A DNA stretch of 64,000 nt from an uncultured Cytophagales bacterium (GCA_963793215.1 CAWBZE010000005.1:1291746-1355745); one strand, 5' to 3'; counted from the stretch's first letter, positions 53,773 to 63,046 are shown. The notes: generated by a model from the sequence alone, not told the origin. Numbers and translations: made by a program.

Positions 53773-54438
53773 CTAAGCATTTTTTGCTAACTCCTGAATC
53801 TTGTCCGACTCAAAAATATACACTCCGTCCAACTCTTTTTTAGCCACGTGTACCATTGTCTCGGCCACCGTCTCGGCGGGGATTGCTTGATATTTCTTTA
53901 GAGCGCCCACCATCAGTGGGGCCACACCCTGCATCACCGCTTGCCCGATCTGCTCTCCAATGCGGGTTTCGGTGCGCTCACCGAGCAGCATCGACGGGCG
54001 GAAGACACAAAAGGAATCAAAACCTAGTTTGGCAATGGCGGCTTCTACCTCACCCTTCACCTGGTTATAAAAGATGTAGCTAGACTCGTCCGCTCCCATT
54101 GCCGACACCAGTAGGTACTGTTGGGCTCCCTTGCGACTGGTGATCTCGGCTACCCGAAGCGGATAGTCATAATCTACTTTGCGAAAAGCATTCTTAGAAC
54201 CGGCTTTGTTCATGGTGGTGCCCAAGCAACAAAAAACGTCGTCCACCTTAGGTATTTGCTTATCGGTAAGCTGGTCGTAGTCTACGATGATCGTTTCTAC
54301 CCGTTTACTGGTAGTCTCTACTTCGTGCCTGCTCAAGATGGAGATGGTGTGGTACTGGCGTCCGCGGATCAATTGCTGAAGCAGTTCGTTTCCGACTAAT
54401 CCTGTCGCTCCGGCGATAAGTGCGTGCTTTTGTGCCAT
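53773..54438 (-). CDS. NAD(P)H-binding (atypical SDR / NmrA-like) protein
   Basis: ALIAGATGLVGNELL (GxxGxxG) in a 221-aa protein. Confidence 0.7.
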   Translation of the reverse strand: MAQKHALIAGATGLVGNELLQQLIRGRQYHTISILSRHEVETTSKRVETIIVDYDQLTDKQIPKVDDVFCCLGTTMNKAGSKNAFRKVDYDYPLRVAEITSRKGAQQYLLVSAMGADESSYIFYNQVKGEVEAAIAKLGFDSFCVFRPSMLLGERTETRIGEQIGQAVMQGVAPLMVGALKKYQAIPAETVAETMVHVAKKELDGVYIFESDKIQELAKNA

Positions 54439-54554
54439 GTGGTTTTGGTGTAGATAGTGTTTATTGAGCCCCTAAAGTAGCAAAAAGGATTAATTTAGTT
54501 CGGAAAACGACGGGCAAAAGAGAGGTTACCTAGCACTTCCTCGTAAAAGGCAGC

Positions 54555-55165
54555 TCAATCCCACTCAGTTAGCAACTTTACAAACTCTTTTTGTATCGCT
54601 CGCGTGCGATCACGGGCGTACCACAATTGCATCTCTTTGGCCAGCGCTTGGTAGTCTTCATCCGGATGTTGCTGCTTGAAATCATTCATGAGTTGCTGCG
54701 CCTCGGCCGGTCGCGGTCCCCAGGTTCCAACCTCTTTCAAATCTTCAGTGAGACAGATTAGCTTCGGAATTGAACGACTGCCGTTAGTTAGATAGGCATC
54801 TATCACCTCGGGATACTCATCGCGCAACAATAGCTTTAGCGTTATCAGTGGCGATGCATCAGCCACTTTGGCCATCAGGGGGATAATTTGCGCCGCATCA
54901 CCGCACCACGCTTCGGTGAGCACCAGCCACGTCCAGGGGTGGATATCGACGTCAATTTTTTTTGAAGCGCATCGGTGAGTTGAGCCACCTTATCCAACCG
55001 GTGCATGCGCTGCTGGTTGAGTTCGGTATAGTGAATCATTTCCTCACTATGGTTGTCACCCGTTGTTTTGCCATCGGCCAGCAACGCAACGATCATCCGT
55101 TGATATTCTTCGTAGGACTGGCTGGCTGCTAAATGGTCCGGGGTGATCACTGATGCGTTGGTCAT
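54555..55165 (-). pseudogene. Thioredoxin-fold (DUF/thioredoxin family) protein split by a -1 nt lesion in an A8 run
   Basis: The upstream part (55165 to about 54957) and the downstream part (...IDVDIHPWTWLVLTEAWCGDAAQIIPLMAKV...) are in frames offset by 1 nt at the T8/A8 run 54956-54963. The total is 611 nt (3n+2). With A9 it would read ...DALQKKIDVDIHPWTWLVLTEAWCGD. Confidence 0.65.
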
Positions 55166-55581
55166 GCAGTTTCGGCGTAGGTTTCCTCCCACTCCTCAAA
55201 ATCCTCCAAATCGCTTTTGGCTGAGTTAGCAATCCACAACAACACCGAAATATCGTCGAGGTAGCCAAGCACCGGTATAAAGTCAGGAATCAAATCCAGC
55301 GGAGATACAAAGTAGATAAGGCCTGCTACGGCAAGCAACAGCGTTTTCCAGGGAGTTTTTTGGTATTCTTTGCTGGAATACGCTTTGATCATCCGATTAA
55401 AAGTGCCCACGTAATGCTGAAAGTCCTGCATCTCATCGCTGTTGTCGCGAAGGTCCTTGATTTTCTTTATCAACTTGTCAACCAGATTTCGCAGTCGCTC
55501 AGGGTCTTGCAAAATGCCCGAAGCCTGTCGTTTGGCTTTTTTGAAACTTGAACTGTCATTTGCTTTATCAAAAAGTCCCAT
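55162..55581 (-). CDS. DUF1232 (YkvA-like) membrane protein
   Basis: [30 protein letters not shown] is the DUF1232 signature. Its stop overlaps the next start (ATGA). Confidence 0.8.
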   Translation of the reverse strand: MGLFDKANDSSSFKKAKRQASGILQDPERLRNLVDKLIKKIKDLRDNSDEMQDFQHYVGTFNRMIKAYSSKEYQKTPWKTLLLAVAGLIYFVSPLDLIPDFIPVLGYLDDISVLLWIANSAKSDLEDFEEWEETYAETA

Positions 55582-55644
55582 GTCAATGTTGAGTTTAGTA
55601 AAAATTAAACGAAGTAAAAACCCTCTTACCTACTACTAATTTTC

Positions 55645-56169
55645 TTAGAACATTGTTCGCACTTCCTGTTTTAAAACACTTAGGGCATGCTCAATAGGAT
55701 CTACTTGCTTGCCTCCCTGAATATCAAAAACCTGCTTGGCCAAGTCTATACCCCGGGCATCTTTTGGCAATGTATCAGCCCCCTGATTGATGGTCATCAC
55801 CACATCTTCCACCGCGCTGGCGGTAAGGTCCCACACCTGGTCGCTCACGTAGATCTGCTGTGATAGGTTATGGTTATACTCCTCTCGCACGTGACCCACC
55901 AAAATTTGCTGTAGTTCTTTGTGAGAATAATTGCTGTCGTTAAGCCGTAGGATCAGGTTATTGGGCGATATTCGCTGCAAAAGTAGGCTGAGTCGCTCAT
56001 AGGCTTGCAAGCGGATAGGTAAGATTTCTTTGGCATTGGTCGCCCGGATGTCCGTAAGGCGTTGCGCCATTTCTTTATCCAAAAATGATTTCACCACCAG
56101 ATACATGGCATAGAGCACGATGGCGGCCGGAATGATGAGTTTGGCGAACTCGATGATGATTGTATCCAT
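55645..56169 (-). CDS. Hypothetical protein with an N-terminal TM anchor
   Basis: This is a 174-aa clean ORF with one N-terminal TM helix. I recognise no motif. Confidence 0.5.
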   Translation of the reverse strand: MDTIIIEFAKLIIPAAIVLYAMYLVVKSFLDKEMAQRLTDIRATNAKEILPIRLQAYERLSLLLQRISPNNLILRLNDSNYSHKELQQILVGHVREEYNHNLSQQIYVSDQVWDLTASAVEDVVMTINQGADTLPKDARGIDLAKQVFDIQGGKQVDPIEHALSVLKQEVRTMF

Positions 56170-56285
56170 TGAGCGATTGAATCCGTAAGTTTTTGCTAAC
56201 TTATAAGAAACCTAGGTAGCTAAAAAATGATTTTTCACGTATTTCTGTTGTCACCGAGCGACACCGCCGTTAATTTATCCAGGAT

Positions 56286-56594
56286 ATGACTCCCGTTCAG
56301 ATTACCCCCCGCGCCCTGGCCGAGATCAAAGATACCATCGCTACAAAGAATATTCCGCCTAATTATGGTCTACGCGTGGGAGCTACCGGTGGGGGTTGTG
56401 CTGGCACGTCGTTCATCATCGGATTTGATCATCAGAAAGAAAGCGATTTAGTATATACCATTGCAGACCTGCCGATTTACGTAGAAAAGAAGGATATCCT
56501 GTTCTTGCTTGGTATGGTAGTTGACTTTTATGAAGGAAACGAAGCACGTGGCTTCACTTTCGTAAAAGCAAATGAAGAACAATCTGTCCCGTAG
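56286..56594 (+). CDS. HesB/IscA-like iron-sulfur cluster assembly accessory protein (atypical)
   Basis: ITPRALAEIK...GLRVGATGGGCAG.SF...DLPIYVEKKDILFL.G.VVDF follows the A-type carrier fold. The C-terminal CGCG motif is absent. Confidence 0.65.
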   Translation: MTPVQITPRALAEIKDTIATKNIPPNYGLRVGATGGGCAGTSFIIGFDHQKESDLVYTIADLPIYVEKKDILFLLGMVVDFYEGNEARGFTFVKANEEQSVP

Positions 56595-56802
56595 GCTCTA
56601 TAATAGTTCGCTCACGTTAGCAATCAGTTTTGGCTTCTACGCCTTAATTTTCGCGTTTACTCTCTCGTGCGATGCTGAGGAAGGCAAGTCTTCACCCACA
56701 AATTCTGCCACCGAAGAGGCTATTCCTTCGGTCAGCCCCACCGATATTGCGATTCCCCTCGCTGATGATGCGGTCTCGTATGTGGAAAATATCACCATTT
56801 AG
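56572..56802 (+). CDS. Small hypothetical secreted protein or lipoprotein
   Basis: The 76 aa have a hydrophobic N-terminus ending ...AFTLSC followed by a Ser/Thr/Glu-rich tail. The ORF overlaps the upstream stop by 23 nt. Coding status is uncertain. Confidence 0.3.
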   Translation: MKNNLSRRLYNSSLTLAISFGFYALIFAFTLSCDAEEGKSSPTNSATEEAIPSVSPTDIAIPLADDAVSYVENITI

Positions 56803-56875
56803 AGACACCATCCTGGGGAAATTTTGCACATTACCTTTCTTTTTTTAAACTAATGTATTTTTCTTTCGGTCAATC

Positions 56876-57763
56876 TTAATACGTTTTTGTCATATCGTTA
56901 GGCAACACGACGACAATATCGGCTACTCCTTTAGAGGTAGACGATAGCTGATTAATATCTTCCTGAGAGATACAGCTGATGGTTTTTACGATTGTTTCAG
57001 GGCTACTCTGTTGAATAAACCAGTAAATTCCCTCATAGTTATCGCTGTGATATGACCCATTCAGGTGTAGAAAAGTGGTCTGTTGGGTGCGGTTGAGCAG
57101 GATGAAGTGGGCCATAGTAGCATCTTTTAGGGCTTGTGCCTCGACCATGCTCTCCCCGCCCATCGTTCCGTGATTCGCGTTGCTTCCCATCATCTTCATC
57201 ATTGCTTGATAACCCGGTAGAGAAAAGTTTACCCTTAGTGGCAACGGCGTCATCAACTCCTTCGCCCTACTAGGTAAGCTGTCTAATGGTTCTAATCCTC
57301 CGCGGGCTACGAGGCTTGCGTAGCGGCGGGGCACGTTGGTAGCGATAACCGGTATCTGGTGCTGTTGCGCAAACCCCAGAATCGGAGCATAGTCGGTTGC
57401 GTAATTGTTCCACAGCTTTGCTTCCTGCTCAAAGTGACGTTCCTCAATGGTTCCGGCAATGAATTCGTCTAGCAACAATTGATTGTCGGTCTCAAACATC
57501 TCGGCGCCAATCATCAGGTTGCTGTCTTGGGCGTACAAGTCCTTAACTACCTGCAATTCTAACCAGTGAACGAGCGCGTCGTTGTGTAATTCACCGAATA
57601 GCACCACATCGGCTTGCGCCAGCTGTTCTATCATACGATCGTAGGGCAGTCTGTTTCCGGCAGAGTCGTAGAGTTCGTAGGCCGACTTTTGCGCCCTTGC
57701 CAATTGCGGGCCAAGGCTCATGCCAATTAATAGTAGGCTAGTCGCCAGTAGTAGTTTGTTCAT
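56876..57763 (-). CDS. ChaN-family (haem-binding uptake, DUF399) lipoprotein
   Basis: It has a signal peptide and ADVVLFGELHNDALVHWLELQV, the ChaN/Cofac_haem_bdg signature. Confidence 0.75.
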   Translation of the reverse strand: MNKLLLATSLLLIGMSLGPQLARAQKSAYELYDSAGNRLPYDRMIEQLAQADVVLFGELHNDALVHWLELQVVKDLYAQDSNLMIGAEMFETDNQLLLDEFIAGTIEERHFEQEAKLWNNYATDYAPILGFAQQHQIPVIATNVPRRYASLVARGGLEPLDSLPSRAKELMTPLPLRVNFSLPGYQAMMKMMGSNANHGTMGGESMVEAQALKDATMAHFILLNRTQQTTFLHLNGSYHSDNYEGIYWFIQQSSPETIVKTISCISQEDINQLSSTSKGVADIVVVLPNDMTKTY

Positions 57764-57773
57764 GCTAAGGTAG

Positions 57774-58133
57774 CTACGGGCGCGTTCGTCGGAGGGTGAC
57801 CACCGCCCGACGGCACACTCCGCCCACCGGGGGGTTAAATTTAGATACGCTCACTTCTACGGCGGAAATTTCCGGAAAATCACGAAACGTCTGCTCGATG
57901 AGCCGATGCCCAATGTGCTCGAGCAACTTCAATGGTTTTTGCATTTCTTCGCTCACCATGCGGTAGAGTTTCTCATAGTTCACGGTTTCCTTCAAGCTAT
58001 CTTCCTCAGCAGCTTGTTCCAGATCGGCCTCCACCGAAATATCAACGCTATAGCGGTTGCCCGTCTTCCGTTCTTCTTGGTAATACCCGTGGTAGGCAAA
58101 AAATTCTATTCCTTCTAGTGTGATTTTCTCCAT
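57774..58133 (-). CDS. folB: Dihydroneopterin aldolase
   Basis: ITLEGIEFFAYHGYYQEERKTGNRYSVDISV...NYEKLY, 119 aa. Confidence 0.9.
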   Translation of the reverse strand: MEKITLEGIEFFAYHGYYQEERKTGNRYSVDISVEADLEQAAEEDSLKETVNYEKLYRMVSEEMQKPLKLLEHIGHRLIEQTFRDFPEISAVEVSVSKFNPPVGGVCRRAVVTLRRTRP

Positions 58134-58139
58134 AACTAA

Positions 58140-58898
58140 TCAGTCTATTTCGTCGAAGAAAGACCGGCGCTTTAGCTCCGCCGCCCGGGTTCGTGCCTGG
58201 CTCGAGTCCATCTCGTCCGTGGCCCACACCGGTTCGTAGACTTCGGCCGATTCCTCTTGATAGGCCGTTTCCTTTTTGGAAGAATCGAATTCTTCCTCAA
58301 TGGGATTGGCTAAATGATCTAAACTTTGTCGCTCAGCAAGTTCGTCACTTGCCGACTTTTCGGTCGTTTCGAGCGGGGCGTCGGGCTGGCTTTCCGAAAC
58401 CGATTCAGTAGCCGAGACCGAGACATTATGTTCTCCTATCTGTTGAAGAATACCCTGTGCCACAGCTTGTAACTGGGCGAGAGCTTGTTGCCGATGGGTT
58501 TCTGCTTCCGCAGCTTCCTGTTTTAGCTGTTCAACCTGTTGATGGGCCTCTTCGATAATGCTGGCAGCCTGTCGGTGGGCCTCCTCAACAATTTCCTGCC
58601 GTTGCTGTTCTGCTTGCTGCTGAACTTCTTCGGCCTCTTTCTGCGCCTTGTTAACAATCCCCGCGCTGGTGTCTTCGGCGGTTCTCAGGGTTCTGAACAG
58701 CGACCCTTCTACTTCGCGCACTTTGTCAATATCTTTTTCGGCCTTCTCTAGCCGAGCCGTCTTCTCGCGGTTTTCCTGCAACAGCCGCTCCCAAGTCTGG
58801 GATAGCGTATGCAAGAACGCATTGACCTCATCTTTGTCGTAGCCACGAAAGTGCCGTTCAAACTCTTTTTGCCTTATTTCTATTGGAGTAATATTCAT
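58140..58898 (-). CDS. DivIVA domain-containing protein
   Basis: The N-terminus MNITPIEIRQKEFERHFRGYDKDEVNAFL is the DivIVA signature. A long Q/E/A-rich coiled coil follows. Confidence 0.85.
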   Translation of the reverse strand: MNITPIEIRQKEFERHFRGYDKDEVNAFLHTLSQTWERLLQENREKTARLEKAEKDIDKVREVEGSLFRTLRTAEDTSAGIVNKAQKEAEEVQQQAEQQRQEIVEEAHRQAASIIEEAHQQVEQLKQEAAEAETHRQQALAQLQAVAQGILQQIGEHNVSVSATESVSESQPDAPLETTEKSASDELAERQSLDHLANPIEEEFDSSKKETAYQEESAEVYEPVWATDEMDSSQARTRAAELKRRSFFDEID

Positions 58899-59848
58899 AA
58901 TGAGCGGTTGCTTTTATTCAATTCGGCCGAAGTGCCATCGGTTTTACCCCAACGCCACACGGAGATTGTTCGGTCGTCGCTGGCTGACAATAGGGTTTCG
59001 TTATCATTCATCCATAGCACTCGATTCACTGAGGTGCCGTGCCCAGCATGACGAGCTTTATCGAGTACTTTCAGTAACTTAAACGCGTGGGCATCCCAGA
59101 TTTTCACGGACTTATCCATGCTACCGGTGGCAAAATACCGCCCGTCGGGGCTAAAATCAAGATGATTGATAGCATACATATGGGCTACAATCGATTGTGT
59201 AAGTTGGTAATTTTTCTCAACATCCCAAATTCTTAGGTGAGCGTCTCTCCCGCCACTTACCAAATAACGTTGGTCAGGGGTGTATCTGACCACAAAAACC
59301 GAGTTGGTATGCCCACTTAGTGTTTGTTTCAGTTGGTAGTTCGTTGAATCGTAAATGCGTACGGTATGGTCACTGAAACCGATGGCCACCTCTTTCCTCG
59401 ATGTATTGACGGCAATAGACCGAGCACGCTGTGGTGTGGCGCGAAAACGATGGATGATTTCCAGCGTATCGCACGTTATCACCACTATTTCACCCTCTCC
59501 GGTGGCTACTAGCAGATTATTTTCTACTTCAAAAACATCAAACAAAGCGGCTTTGCCTATGCTTACTGTTCCTTCTTCTCGTCCGCTGTTCAAATCAATA
59601 ACGCGCAAGCCTTCATAGTTCTGTCCAACTACTAACCAGTTTTTTTGACTGTCATAATGCATCGCGTAGACGGAAGCAGGCACTTTTGCTACTACGGTCC
59701 CTTGGTCAGAATCTTTCAGATCCCACCGCACCACCAAACCATCACCTCCGGCCGAGAAAAACCGATGTTCCCGCTCTTGAGCCAGCGTATACACACAATC
59801 TCGGTGTCCCTGAAGCGTTTGTTGCTTACTAGCAAAAAATGTAGGCAT
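58895..59848 (-). CDS. WD40-repeat protein
   Basis: The 317 aa carry repeated GH...D(G)....WD units (GHRDCVYTL...VVRWDL; GHTNSVFVV...LRIWDV; AHMYAINHL...VKIWD; ...ISVWRW). The stop overlaps the divIVA-like start (ATGA). Confidence 0.85.
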   Translation of the reverse strand: MPTFFASKQQTLQGHRDCVYTLAQEREHRFFSAGGDGLVVRWDLKDSDQGTVVAKVPASVYAMHYDSQKNWLVVGQNYEGLRVIDLNSGREEGTVSIGKAALFDVFEVENNLLVATGEGEIVVITCDTLEIIHRFRATPQRARSIAVNTSRKEVAIGFSDHTVRIYDSTNYQLKQTLSGHTNSVFVVRYTPDQRYLVSGGRDAHLRIWDVEKNYQLTQSIVAHMYAINHLDFSPDGRYFATGSMDKSVKIWDAHAFKLLKVLDKARHAGHGTSVNRVLWMNDNETLLSASDDRTISVWRWGKTDGTSAELNKSNRSL

Positions 59849-59900
59849 TGGTGGTCAGATATTATAAACGTACTTTTGTTTGCGCAGAAGCACCCCCTTT

Positions 59901-60539
59901 ATGGCATTGGTAAAATTAGTCCGCATCAACAGCAGCTCTCTTTGGGCCGCTTGGAAAATTGAAGAGCCCCCAACTGTTTTAGTAAGCTCTGCCCAACTGT
60001 CAGCAACTGATTTAACGGAGTGGCACACGATTCGGCACCCACGCAAACGTTTAGAGTGGCTGGCCAGCCGTGCTGCCCTCACCGCTATTCTGAACGAAGT
60101 CGGGCTCTCTATGCCCGGCATCCACAAAGACGACAAAGGTAAACCTCATCTTAACAACGATGCTTATCACATTTCGTTAGCCAACTCCTTTCCGTACGGG
60201 ATAGCGATGGTACATGCCCATGCTTTGGTTGGGATAGATGTTGAGCGACCAAGTGACAAACTACTTCGAACTCAGCACAAGTTTCTTAGCCCGGCGGAGA
60301 TTGAAATCGTAGGAGACCGTCTTTCTTATCTTTGTGCTTATTGGTGCATCAAAGAAGCGTTATACAAACTCTACGGCCGCAAATTACTTAGTTTCAAAGA
60401 TCAAATTCGGGTTAACTCTTTGTGTTTTGCGGAGGGGCTTCGTGCTGAGGCCGAGATCATCAACTCCGACCAAAATACTCAACATCGCTTAGAGGGCACT
60501 ATTATTGACGGTTACTATGTTATGTACGTGGTGGCTTGA
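59901..60539 (+). CDS. 4'-phosphopantetheinyl transferase superfamily protein (Sfp-type)
   Basis: GKPHL, GIDVE and W.IKEALYK motifs are present. I prefer ATG 59901 over the TTG at 59880. Confidence 0.8.
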   Translation: MALVKLVRINSSSLWAAWKIEEPPTVLVSSAQLSATDLTEWHTIRHPRKRLEWLASRAALTAILNEVGLSMPGIHKDDKGKPHLNNDAYHISLANSFPYGIAMVHAHALVGIDVERPSDKLLRTQHKFLSPAEIEIVGDRLSYLCAYWCIKEALYKLYGRKLLSFKDQIRVNSLCFAEGLRAEAEIINSDQNTQHRLEGTIIDGYYVMYVVA

Positions 60540-60577
60540 TTTTATTAGCACTTCGTTCTGCCTTTCATCTAATCACT

Positions 60578-61168
60578 ATGCGACACCTATTGCTTTCTTT
60601 TTCTTTGGTAGTAACTTCTCTGACCCCTTCTTTAGCGCAACGGTCTGATTTCGTTGAAGATTTTACTTTGCCTAACTTGGTCACTGGAAACGAATTTTCT
60701 TTGAAAGACTATCCTTCTGCGCCAACGGTCGTGATCATTTTCACTAGTTTACACTGTCCCTACGCGCAATTATATAATCAGCGCATCACCAACCTCATTG
60801 AGGAGTTTGAAAGTGAAAAAGTCCGTTTTGTGCTAATCAACCCAACAAATTCTGCTAACCATCCTCAAGATGCTTCGGACAATCTCAAGCAGTCCATCAT
60901 GGATAATAAGTGGAGGGTTCCTTTTCTGGTTGATCCAAGTCAGCGCGTGGCGCGTCTTCTAGGCGCTGAAAAAACGCCTGAAGTGTTCGTTTTGTCTAAG
61001 GAACGGGCTTCTTTTAAAACAATCTATCAGGGGGCTATCGATGATAATCCGCAAGTGGCTAGCGACGTGCACCATCATTATTTGCGAGAGTTTTTAAGCG
61101 CTCAGCGCACGGATCAATCAGCGCCGTTACGCACCACTCCGGCTACCGGATGCCGGATAAGGCCTTAG
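60578..61168 (+). CDS. Thioredoxin-fold redoxin (TlpA/AhpC-TSA-like), secreted
   Basis: It has a signal peptide (MRHLLLSFSLVVTSLTPSLAQ). The segment VVIIFTSLHCPYAQ has a single Cys at the CxxC position, and EKTPEVFVL is redoxin-like. Confidence 0.7.
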   Translation: MRHLLLSFSLVVTSLTPSLAQRSDFVEDFTLPNLVTGNEFSLKDYPSAPTVVIIFTSLHCPYAQLYNQRITNLIEEFESEKVRFVLINPTNSANHPQDASDNLKQSIMDNKWRVPFLVDPSQRVARLLGAEKTPEVFVLSKERASFKTIYQGAIDDNPQVASDVHHHYLREFLSAQRTDQSAPLRTTPATGCRIRP

Positions 61169-62040
61169 CGGCGTTTTTGTTCTTCTAGCGTCTCCTTTAA
61201 GAAAGCTAAGAAATCAGCCGCAAATTCCTTTCTCTGTAGAGCAAACTCCACCGTCGTTTTCAGGAAGTCCAGTTTGTTTCCTATATCGTAGCGCTTTCCT
61301 TCGATGGTATTGGCAACTATTGTTTCCTTTTTCATCAGCAAATGCAGGGCGTCGGTTAGTTGCACCTCGCCGCCCTTGCCAGGGGCAGTCTGCTCCAGTG
61401 CCCTGAATATTTCGGCAGTCAGGATGTAACGACCAGCAATGGCTAGGTTTGAGGGTGCCTCCTCCATACTCGGTTTTTCTATGAGTTGGTGCACTTCCAT
61501 TAGTTTATCGCTAATTGTTTTTCCGCCCGCAATGCCGTAGCGCGATACCTTATCCTTTGGCACTTCTTCCACCGCGATCACCGTGCACCGATATTGTTCG
61601 TAGGTGTCGATCAGCTGCTGGGTTACCGGAATCACTGAGTTGACGATTGTATCGCCCAGCAACACCGCGAACGGTTCGTTACCTACGTGTTGCCGAGCGT
61701 GGTAAATGGCGTCTCCTAACCCGTTGGTTTCTTTTTGACGGATGAAGTGGATATTCGCCATATCCGCAATTCGGACCACTTCGTTGTAGAAGCTCTCGTC
61801 CTGTTTCTCGGTCAAACGAGATTCCAACTCAAAGTTTCGGTCAAAGTGGTCTTCGATGGTTCGTTTGCCCTTTCCCGAAATAATTAGAATGTCATCGATG
61901 CCTGAATCTACGGCTTCCTGCACCACGTATTGTATGGTTGGCGTATCGATGATTGGCAACATCTCTTTGGGTTGCGCCTTGGTAGCAGGCAAGAACCGGG
62001 TACCTAGTCCGGCGGCGGGAATCACTGCTTTTCGTATCAT
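61165..62040 (-). CDS. galU: UTP--glucose-1-phosphate uridylyltransferase
   Basis: KAVIPAAGLGTRFLPATKAQPKEMLPI...VLLGD, 291 aa. Confidence 0.92.
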   Translation of the reverse strand: MIRKAVIPAAGLGTRFLPATKAQPKEMLPIIDTPTIQYVVQEAVDSGIDDILIISGKGKRTIEDHFDRNFELESRLTEKQDESFYNEVVRIADMANIHFIRQKETNGLGDAIYHARQHVGNEPFAVLLGDTIVNSVIPVTQQLIDTYEQYRCTVIAVEEVPKDKVSRYGIAGGKTISDKLMEVHQLIEKPSMEEAPSNLAIAGRYILTAEIFRALEQTAPGKGGEVQLTDALHLLMKKETIVANTIEGKRYDIGNKLDFLKTTVEFALQRKEFAADFLAFLKETLEEQKRR

Positions 62041-62041
62041 A

Positions 62042-63046
62042 TTATAAGATATAGGGTTTAATGACCCGTGCGTTTATTTTCTTGAGCGCGATCACCAGCT
62101 TGTTAAGTACCTCATCATTTTTGTACGAACCAATGATAGACCCACCGGAACCGGTAAACTTCGCCGACGCACCGCAGGCGCGCGCCGTCTGTACTAATGT
62201 TTTGTTTTCTTCGGAGACATTCATGATCTGGCACCGTAAATCAAAATTTTGGTCAATCAGATGGTTAAGTTTTTCGTTATCCTGCTCTAGAATCGCTCGT
62301 TTTCCCGCTTCGGCAAGTTGAGCCATTTTTCCTAGTGTGTCAATCACTGCTTGGTCTCCTTTGTCGTAGCGCGAGCGGATATCGTTTAATACCGTTCCGG
62401 ACACCTTTCCCAAATCTATTTTATAGGCTAAATATAGGTTAGGCAGTAATTTAGGATCTATTGGCTCGTATGTGCCGTATCCTCTCGCTGCAACTAACGC
62501 TTCATCAAAGTCCATGTATACGCACCCTTCATACACCTGCGCGACTCGATCTTGCAACCCAGCATTGATTCCTAGTTCATCTTTTTCTGCTGATAGAATT
62601 ACGTTAGGCAACACCTCACGCGGAATGCTCACATCATAGTATCGCATCAGTGCCCGTATGGTTGCCGTTATGATAGCACTTGATCCGGCTAATCCTACCT
62701 GCCGTGGAATAGATGAGTGGTAGCGTATTGTAAAGTTTTTGTTGCTCAGTCGTATGCTCTGCTGATCGCAGTATTCGCTAAACTTTTTGATTGCTGCTTT
62801 CACCAACCGCGACCCGCCGTAGTAGCCGGTTAGACGAACGGAGTCCACCATGTGGTGGATATTTCGGTAGACATTGAGGTCTTGTTCTTGAAGCTCGATG
62901 CGTAGTTCGGGGGACGGATACAGTGAGATTCTCGCCCCGAAGTTACGCACAATGATAGAGATAGTCTTGCCGTGGTACCCATCGGTGGGGTTGCCCAACA
63001 AGCCCGCTCTGGCATAAGCGCTAGTTTCTATAATTGATGAATCCAT
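62042..63046 (-). CDS. GHMP kinase, glucuronokinase-like
   Basis: The GHMP motif II is PRQVGLAGSSAII. AGLLGNPTDGYHGKTIS, YYGGSRL, SAEKDELGINAGLQDRVAQVY and AKFTGSGGS closely track the plant glucuronokinase sequence as I remember it. Confidence 0.75.
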   Translation of the reverse strand: MDSSIIETSAYARAGLLGNPTDGYHGKTISIIVRNFGARISLYPSPELRIELQEQDLNVYRNIHHMVDSVRLTGYYGGSRLVKAAIKKFSEYCDQQSIRLSNKNFTIRYHSSIPRQVGLAGSSAIITATIRALMRYYDVSIPREVLPNVILSAEKDELGINAGLQDRVAQVYEGCVYMDFDEALVAARGYGTYEPIDPKLLPNLYLAYKIDLGKVSGTVLNDIRSRYDKGDQAVIDTLGKMAQLAEAGKRAILEQDNEKLNHLIDQNFDLRCQIMNVSEENKTLVQTARACGASAKFTGSGGSIIGSYKNDEVLNKLVIALKKINARVIKPYIL

